From assembly GCA_963813415.1 (NCBI GenBank), contig CAWEYW010000008.1:98170-162169 (forward strand): a stretch of 64,000 nt of DNA, written 5' to 3'. The notes beneath the pieces were generated by a model. It did no database searches, was not told the DNA's origin, and saw only the letters and a program-made list of their open reading frames with translations. The position numbers were made by a program, and so were the translations under genes. Numbering within the stretch: position 1 is the stretch's first letter; the number at the start of each line of letters is the position of its first letter. Source of the DNA: an uncultured beta proteobacterium. Lineage in GTDB: Bacteria; Pseudomonadota; Gammaproteobacteria; Burkholderiales; Casimicrobiaceae. Shown one piece after another: positions 57,966 to 64,000 of the stretch.

Positions 57966-58823
57966 GTGAACCACCACTACTCGCTCGCGCACCTCACGGT
58001 GCTGACGCTCACGCCCCCCGAGGTCGTGGAGGCCGCTGCGCGCGCGGGTTATGCGTACGCCAGTCTGCGCATGACACGCGTCACCCCGGCCGAGCCGCTT
58101 TATGATCTGGCGCGCGACCGCGTGCTCATGCGCGAGACGAAGGCGCGGATGGCGGCAACGGGCGTGCGCATTCACGATGCGGAACTCTTCCGCATGGACG
58201 CGTCGCTCGAGCCCGAGCAGTTCAAGGCGGAGCTCGATGCCACGGCCGAGCTCGGCGCTCACCACGTCATCTGCCAGCTGCCGGATCCCGATCGCGAGCG
58301 GGCCACCGATCGGTTTGCGCGGCTCTGTGATCTCGCGAAGCCACTCGGCATCTTCGCCAGCCTCGAGTTTCCGCACTGGACCGAGACCGGGACGCTCGCG
58401 GAGGCCGCACGCGTGGTGCGCGCGGTGCACAAGGACAACGCGGGCATCCTCATCGACATGCTGCACATGGGACGCTCCGACTCGAGCGTCGAGGACCTCG
58501 CGAAGCTCCCGCGTGAGTGGTTCCGTTTCGCACATGTGTGCGATGCCGAGGCGCGCTGCCCGGCGACGATGGAAGGCATCATCCGGACTGCGCGTGACGA
58601 GCGTCAGTTCCCAGGCGAGGGCACGATCGACGTCAAGGGCATACTGGCCGCCATGCCGGCCGACATCCCCTACTCGTTGGAGATTCCCCGCGCCGTGTTG
58701 ACGGCAGCCGTCGGCCCGTACGAGCTCGCGCGGCTCGCAGTGCGTGCCTGTCGCGCGCACCTCGATGGCGAGGCATGGCAGCGCGATGCGCGCGATGCCT
58801 CCGGCTTCGCGACGGCAGCTTGA
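57966..58823 (+). CDS. xylose isomerase-like TIM-barrel protein (sugar phosphate isomerase/epimerase; dehydratase candidate)
   Basis: GTG 57966 preceded by AAAGGAGGG, in frame within track ORF 57525..58823. Has ...ELGAHHVICQL..., ASLEFPHW and LIDMLHM. Confidence 0.7.
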   Translation: MNHHYSLAHLTVLTLTPPEVVEAAARAGYAYASLRMTRVTPAEPLYDLARDRVLMRETKARMAATGVRIHDAELFRMDASLEPEQFKAELDATAELGAHHVICQLPDPDRERATDRFARLCDLAKPLGIFASLEFPHWTETGTLAEAARVVRAVHKDNAGILIDMLHMGRSDSSVEDLAKLPREWFRFAHVCDAEARCPATMEGIIRTARDERQFPGEGTIDVKGILAAMPADIPYSLEIPRAVLTAAVGPYELARLAVRACRAHLDGEAWQRDARDASGFATAA

Positions 58824-58832
58824 GAGCTCCCC

Positions 58833-59666
58833 ATGATTGACGGACGGACCCTGGTGATCGCCCATCTCGGGTATCCGACCGAGACGTTCAAGGCACCGCT
58901 CATCTATAACCCGTGGTTCGAGAAGACTGGCATCAACGCCGTCGTCGTGCCGATGGGCGTGCACGCGCAGGATTACCCGCAGGTGCTGAAGGCACTGTCA
59001 AGGCTCACGAACATCCGCGGCGCACTCGTGACGATGCCGCACAAGGTGACCACCGTCGGGCTGCTCGACGAAACGAGCACCGCGGTCCGCGTTGCCGGAT
59101 CGTGCAACGCGGTGCTGGTGCGGCCGGACGGTTCGCTGCTCGGCGACATGTTCGACGGCACCGGCTTCACCCGCGGAATCAAGCGCAAGGGCCTGGTCCT
59201 TGCCGGTGCGTCGTGCCTCGTGGTCGGCGCCGGTGGAGTCGGATCGGCCATTGCGGCCTCGCTTGCCGAGGAACGGGCGGCTTCGTTGACAGTATTCGAC
59301 ACGGACAGTGCTGCCGCGGAAGGTCTGGTGCGACGGCTCCGCGAACATTTTCCGAACACACGCGCCAGCGTTGGAACCAGTGACCCGGCGGGGTATGACC
59401 TCGTGGTCAACGCGACGCCGCTCGGAATGCAGGCAACCGATCCGCTGCCGTTCGACGTGGCGCGGCTCGCGCGCTCCACGTTCGTCGGCGAAGTGGTCAT
59501 GAAGCAGGAGATGACGCCGCTGCTGCAGGCGGCGCGGGAGCGCGGGTGCCGTTACCAGGTCGGCACCGACATGCTTTTCGAAATGATCCCCGCGTATCTC
59601 GAATTTTTCGGATTCGGCACGACGACGCCGGACGAGCTGCGATCCGTCGCGCGCATCAAGTACTGA
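58833..59666 (+). CDS. shikimate/quinate dehydrogenase family protein
   Basis: GALVTMPHKV (catalytic Lys), GAGGVGSAIA dinucleotide motif, and NATPLGM. Confidence 0.85.
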   Translation: MIDGRTLVIAHLGYPTETFKAPLIYNPWFEKTGINAVVVPMGVHAQDYPQVLKALSRLTNIRGALVTMPHKVTTVGLLDETSTAVRVAGSCNAVLVRPDGSLLGDMFDGTGFTRGIKRKGLVLAGASCLVVGAGGVGSAIAASLAEERAASLTVFDTDSAAAEGLVRRLREHFPNTRASVGTSDPAGYDLVVNATPLGMQATDPLPFDVARLARSTFVGEVVMKQEMTPLLQAARERGCRYQVGTDMLFEMIPAYLEFFGFGTTTPDELRSVARIKY

Positions 59667-59779
59667 CGGGACCAGCCGCCGTGTTGCCTGGATTTGGCAG
59701 GTCTGTTAAATTTACTTGCGATTCCGCCAATTCAAGGCTTGCGATGGCACTGCAGCTTTTGCCCGACCGCGCGACGAAC

Positions 59780-60406
59780 ATGCGCAAGCGCAAGGCGCCG
59801 GAGGCCAATCGCGCGCTGATCCTCGACGCGGCCATCGCCGAATTCGCCTCGCGCGGTTTCAAAGGCGCGAGCATGGACGCGATCGCCGCGCGAACCGAGA
59901 CCACGCGCGCGCTCATCAACTACTACTTCGGGAGCAAAGAGCGGCTGTACCTCGCCGTTCTGGAGCGGGTCTACCGGGAGATCCGGGAGGCCGAGACGAA
60001 GCTCGACCTCGGAGAGTTGCCGCCGGTCGAAGCCATCCGCCGGATCGTCGAGTTCACCTACGACTACTACGTCGAGCACGAGGATTTCGTGCGCCTCGTC
60101 GTGGCGGAAAACCAGGCCAAGGGTCGGCACATGAAGCGCGTTCCAGCGCTGCGGTCGGTGAATCGGCCGATCATCGACATGCTTGCCGACGTGATTGCGC
60201 GCGGGCAGGCGGATGGTGTGTTCCGGCCCGGCGTCGATCCGATCGACGTTCACATGGCCGTCGCTGCCTTGGGAATGTTCAACGTGACGAATCAGTACAC
60301 CTTCGGCGCCCTCTTCCAGCGGTCCATGGGCGCCAAGGGCGACGTGCCGGGTCGCCGCCGCATGGTGGCCGACATGATCCTGCGCTGGCTCGGGCACGCG
60401 TCTTAG
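59780..60406 (+). CDS. TetR/AcrR-family transcriptional regulator
   Basis: ILDAAIAEFASRGFKGASMDAIAARTETTRALINYYF HTH. Start at ATG 59780 (alternative 59744). Confidence 0.85.
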   Translation: MRKRKAPEANRALILDAAIAEFASRGFKGASMDAIAARTETTRALINYYFGSKERLYLAVLERVYREIREAETKLDLGELPPVEAIRRIVEFTYDYYVEHEDFVRLVVAENQAKGRHMKRVPALRSVNRPIIDMLADVIARGQADGVFRPGVDPIDVHMAVAALGMFNVTNQYTFGALFQRSMGAKGDVPGRRRMVADMILRWLGHAS

Positions 60407-60446
60407 CGCTGGCCCGGTAATGCGAATCTTCACCGAGGAGGTCACC

Positions 60447-61436
60447 ATGGAATTCAAGTTGCACCGTCGTACCCTGCTCAAGGCCGGCGCCGCGCTGGCC
60501 GCTTCGCAGTCGTTGTCCTTGTGGGCCCAGGACAAGCCCAACCTTCGCTTCGCCGCCGTGTTCTCGGACAAGGACATCCGTGCAGACATGATCCGCATGC
60601 TCGCCAAGGACATCGAGGGCGATTTCAAGCTCGAGCCGTTCTATGGCGGCACGCTGTTCAAGCAGGGCACCGAGCTCGTGGCCCTGCAGCGCGACAACCT
60701 CGAGCTCGGCAATGTCGCGCCGCAGGACATCTCCAAGCAGCTGCCGGCATGGTCGGTCCTGACGTCCGCCTACACGTTCCGCGACGCCCACCATGTGCTG
60801 GCGTTCTTCGCCAGCGACCTTGGCGCGCTGATGAAGAAGCAGGCCGAGGATCAGCTGCACATCAAGATCCTCGCGCCGACGTTCTATGGCACCCGTCAGG
60901 TAGGATTGAAGCCGAAGAAAAAGATCAACACGCCCGCGGACATGGCAGGCATCAAGCTCAGGATGCCACCGGGGGATGCATGGCAGCTTCTCGGCCGCTC
61001 GATCGGCGCGAATCCCACGCCGATGGCGTATGCCGAGACCTACACAGGCCTTCAGACCGGCGCCATCGACGGGCAGGACAACCCGCTGCCCAACGTGCAG
61101 AACATGAAGTTCTACGAGGTGATGTCGCAGATCGTGCTGACCTCGCACCTGGTCGCCTTCGACGTGCTGTCGATGAACCTCAAGACGTGGAACACCATGG
61201 GTGCGGCCAAGCAGAAGAGCTTCCAGGCGGCGGTCGACAAGGCGATCGCCTGGAGCACGGCGGAGCACCTCAAGCGCGAAGGGGAGCTCGCAGAGGGCTT
61301 CAAGAAGCAGGGGCTCGACATCTACACGCCGGACATCAATGCATTCCGTACCTATGCCCAGAAGGTGTACCTCGCCTCGGACGAGGCGAAGTCATGGGCG
61401 CCGGGGATTCTCGACAAGATCGCCGCGGTGAAGTAA
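60447..61436 (+). CDS. TRAP transporter substrate-binding protein (DctP family) with Tat-type signal
   Basis: Trimmed to ATG 60447 (GAGGAGG upstream). HRRTLLKAGAALAA twin-arginine leader; DctP-like body (ALQTGAIDGQDNP). Confidence 0.9.
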   Translation: MEFKLHRRTLLKAGAALAASQSLSLWAQDKPNLRFAAVFSDKDIRADMIRMLAKDIEGDFKLEPFYGGTLFKQGTELVALQRDNLELGNVAPQDISKQLPAWSVLTSAYTFRDAHHVLAFFASDLGALMKKQAEDQLHIKILAPTFYGTRQVGLKPKKKINTPADMAGIKLRMPPGDAWQLLGRSIGANPTPMAYAETYTGLQTGAIDGQDNPLPNVQNMKFYEVMSQIVLTSHLVAFDVLSMNLKTWNTMGAAKQKSFQAAVDKAIAWSTAEHLKREGELAEGFKKQGLDIYTPDINAFRTYAQKVYLASDEAKSWAPGILDKIAAVK

Positions 61437-61560
61437 CGAATGCGGAAGGTCGCGGGCCCCTCATGCGGCACGCGACCGCCGCGGCGCCGGACGTCATCGC
61501 GTTCGGTGCGTGAAGCGTCCGCCGGCGTCGACGATCGGCGTTCACGGGGATGGGGAGAGC

Positions 61561-62076
61561 ATGACTTCATTGGTTCTCAAGGTGGCCGGCTGGGTGCAGC
61601 GCCGCTCCGAGAACGTGATTGCCGCGCTGCTCGGCATCATGTTCGTCGCCTTCGTGTTGCAGATCGTCTTCCGGTACTTCCTCAATCTGCCGACCGGCTG
61701 GTCCACCGAGACCGTGGTCATCTGCTGGTTGTGGCTGGTGCTCTGGGGCACGGCCCTCGCACTGAAGGAGAAGGACGAGATCCGCTTCGACATCTTCACC
61801 TCGGTCGCCGGACCGCGCACGCGTCGCGTGATGGCGGGCATCGTCTCGATCGTGACGGTCGCCCTTTACAGCCTGTCCCTCCCGGCGACGTACAAGTACG
61901 TGGCGTTCATGAAGGTCGAGCACTCGTCGTACCTCGACATCCGCCTCGACTGGCTGTACTCGATCTACGTCATCTTCGTCGTCGCCACCATCGTGCGCTA
62001 TCTGTGGTTGCTGTGGGAGGCCTTGCGCGGTGAGTTGCCCCCCGAAGAGTCGACCGACGGAGGCCGGACGCCATGA
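61561..62076 (+). CDS. TRAP transporter small permease (DctQ family)
   Basis: Trimmed to ATG 61561. Four TM segments and HIRFD-like EIRFDIF. Confidence 0.8.
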   Translation: MTSLVLKVAGWVQRRSENVIAALLGIMFVAFVLQIVFRYFLNLPTGWSTETVVICWLWLVLWGTALALKEKDEIRFDIFTSVAGPRTRRVMAGIVSIVTVALYSLSLPATYKYVAFMKVEHSSYLDIRLDWLYSIYVIFVVATIVRYLWLLWEALRGELPPEESTDGGRTP

Positions 62077-63374
62077 GCCTGCCGAGCCCCTTCGTCCTCT
62101 CGCTCTTCACCATCGTCGCGCTTAGCCTGCTGGGTCTCCCGATCGGCCTCGCGATGATCGGCGGATCGGTGCTCTACCTTCTTACCGCGGGCCTCGACGT
62201 GGGCACCGCGGCCGAGCAGATCCTCAACGGCATGATGACCAGCTATCTGCTGCTGGCGATCCCGCTGTTCATCCTCGCCGCGGAGTTCATGAACGCGGGC
62301 AGCATCATGGACAGGCTCGTGCGATTCTGTAACGCACTGGTCGGTCGCTTCCGCGGCGGACTGGCCCTGGTCAACGTCGCGCAGGCCATCGTCTTTTCCA
62401 GCATGTCGGGGTCCGCGCTGGCCGATGCCGCGGGTGCGGGCAAGCTCATGCAATCGCTGATGACGCGCGAGGGCAAGTACCCGCGCGCGTTTGCCGCGGC
62501 GCTGACGGCTGTCGCGGCCACGATCGGTCCGATCATCCCGCCATCGATCCCGCTGGTGGTCTATTCGCTGATCTCGGATACCTCCGTGGGCTACCTGTTC
62601 CTCGGCGGCGTGATCCCCGGATTGCTGATCGGCGCCGTGCAGATGGGCTTGATCGTCGCCGTGGGCAAGCGGCGCAATTTCCCGGTGGAAGCGCGTGTGC
62701 CGCTGCGCGAGATGCCTCGCATCACGAAGGAAGCATTTCCTGCGCTCCTGATGCCGATCATCCTTTTCACCTGCATGTACGGTGGCATCACCACGCCCAC
62801 CGAAGCTGCGGCCCTGGCGGCAGCCTACGCGCTGCTCATCGCCGGCGGACTTTACCGAAGCATCGGCCCGACGCACGTCTACCACTCGCTTCTGACCAGC
62901 GCGCGCACCACGGTCTCCATCGGCATGCTGATCGCGGGTGCGATGGCGTTCAACTATGTGATCACCGTCGAAAACATCCCGAAGGCGGTGAGCGCGATCC
63001 TGACTGCCACCAGTCTGTCGCAGTGGGGCTTCCTGCTGCTCGTCAACGTCATTCTGCTCGTGCTTGGCTGCTTTCTCGAGGGCACGACGATCATTCTCGT
63101 CATCCTGCCCGTCCTGCTGCCGACCGCGAGGGCGCTCGGCGTCGACCCGGTGCATTTCGGTGTCATGGCAGTGACCAACATCATGTTCGGCCTCGTCACG
63201 CCCCCGTATGGCCTGCTGCTTTTCATGATGACGAAGATCGCGAACGTACCACTGCGCGACATCGTGCGCGAGGTGATGCCCTTTCTCGGCGTCATGCTCA
63301 TCGCCCTGATGCTGATTACCTACATCCCGGCCTTCACGCTCTTCCTGCCGCGCCTGTTCGGCTACACGGGCTGA
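62073..63374 (+). CDS. TRAP transporter large permease (DctM family)
   Basis: ATGA overlap with dctQ-like gene. 433 aa polytopic protein with typical DctM segments (SGSALADAAG, PPSIPLVVY). Confidence 0.9.
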   Translation: MSLPSPFVLSLFTIVALSLLGLPIGLAMIGGSVLYLLTAGLDVGTAAEQILNGMMTSYLLLAIPLFILAAEFMNAGSIMDRLVRFCNALVGRFRGGLALVNVAQAIVFSSMSGSALADAAGAGKLMQSLMTREGKYPRAFAAALTAVAATIGPIIPPSIPLVVYSLISDTSVGYLFLGGVIPGLLIGAVQMGLIVAVGKRRNFPVEARVPLREMPRITKEAFPALLMPIILFTCMYGGITTPTEAAALAAAYALLIAGGLYRSIGPTHVYHSLLTSARTTVSIGMLIAGAMAFNYVITVENIPKAVSAILTATSLSQWGFLLLVNVILLVLGCFLEGTTIILVILPVLLPTARALGVDPVHFGVMAVTNIMFGLVTPPYGLLLFMMTKIANVPLRDIVREVMPFLGVMLIALMLITYIPAFTLFLPRLFGYTG

Positions 63375-63420
63375 CGCAACCGTTCGCGCAGGGACCCTGC
63401 CGGTGTGGCCGGACGGGTCA

Positions 63421-63724
63421 TCAGGCAGGACGCGGCGTTCGCGGATGTGGGTGTAACACGCGCGCGTCGCAATTGGTCACCCACGCCACTGTGCCGGGCG
63501 CGAACGGCTCGGTCGAGTGCGATTGCCCGGCCGCCCAGTTCGCGCGCCGCTTGAATGCGGCATCCGTGTGGGCAGAGCCGAAAGCGTGGCATCCTTCGCC
63601 AGACGACATCCGCCGTTCTCCGTGACCAGCATGCCCTCCAGTTCGAGCGCTTTCCCACGCTGCTCCTCGGCCACACCATGCCGTACTGGCCGCCCCAGGA
63701 GACTCGCACGTCCTTCCCGGTCAT
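63421..63724 (-). pseudogene. possible frame-disrupted small gene (about 100 codons spread over three frames)
   Basis: Minus strand: AAAGGAA-ATG at 63724 gives MTGKDVRVSWGGQYGMV. Coding-like G/C third positions continue in a second frame (AEEQRGKALELEGMLVTENGGCRLAKDATLSAL) and then a third (HTDAAFKRRANWAAGQSHSTEPFAPGTVAWVTNCDARV), to the stop at 63421. Hand reading only. Confidence 0.3.
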
Positions 63725-63835
63725 CGCATTCCTTTTCGAACGATTGCGATACGGTTGCGGGCAGATCGTGCGCGCGATGTGGCGGCGCATTGCTGGCCGA
63801 TTTGGCTCGCGCGGGGGCGCTTCGTGCTTGAAGCG

Positions 63836-64000
63836 ATGCAGGTCGCGGGGCGGCGAGCTTTCAGCGGCTCGCCGCTGCGCCACCCCGTGTTCCGGCTGTT
63901 CTACCTCGGCTCCATCGGCACCGCCCTCGGTTACACCATGCAGGCGACGATGGCCGCGTGGGTCATGGCGACGCTCACGCCGTCGGCGCTCATGGTCGCA
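63836..64000 (+). CDS. partial CDS: MFS-type transporter N-terminus (runs off window)
   Basis: Hand translation from ATG 63836: MQVAGRRAFSGSPLRHPVFRLFYLGSIGTALGYTMQATMAAWVMATLTPSALMVA. This is typical of MFS (EntS/DUF894-like) N-termini. Confidence 0.6.
   Translation, partial: MQVAGRRAFSGSPLRHPVFRLFYLGSIGTALGYTMQATMAAWVMATLTPSALMVA

Overview
High-G+C proteobacterial chromosomal DNA. Synteny (birA-coaX-SPOR, two-gene metH, mpl-yqiA, mtgA) looks beta-proteobacterial or Burkholderiales-like, but that is inference only. I can support about 60 protein genes and one tRNA-Gly(CCC). I see no rRNA, CRISPR, transposase, integrase or phage genes. The G+C content fills the six-frame track with long antisense or out-of-frame ORFs, so I called genes from recognisable motifs, G/C-rich third codon positions, RBS and start context, and trimmed many track ORFs to internal starts. 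All product calls come from motif memory; no database search was possible.

Gene content from left to right:
- envelope and c-di-GMP genes, an arylamine N-acetyltransferase and the tRNA;
- housekeeping metabolism (hppD, birA, coaX);
- a TPM-domain pair;
- metH as two genes, the larger one frame-broken;
- LPS glycosyltransferase, thiolase, cupin, and an orphan solute-binding protein;
- a four-gene Gram-negative 'dedicated sortase' system;
- mpl-yqiA, a secreted choice-of-anchor-D-like protein, then an unusual 7-nt tandem array and an inverted-repeat-bracketed spacer;
- RNB ribonuclease, a TonB-like protein, mtgA, mgtE, and an ECF sigma/anti-sigma pair;
- an 11-gene co-directional catabolic cluster.

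Most noteworthy:
1. The sortase, LPQTA-target and two-component cassette (30.4-36.0 kb).
2. The 51.6-63.4 kb cluster. It combines quinate/shikimate-type enzymes with a CoA-acylating ALDH, a citryl-CoA-lyase-like protein and a ThDP enzyme. That is an inositol-pathway-like logic that could be an undescribed non-aromatising ring-opening route.
3. The heptamer/GATC array and inverted-repeat element at 41.06-41.42 kb.
4. Split metH with a one-nucleotide frame break.
5. A glycosyltransferase fused to a degenerate SpoT-like HD domain.
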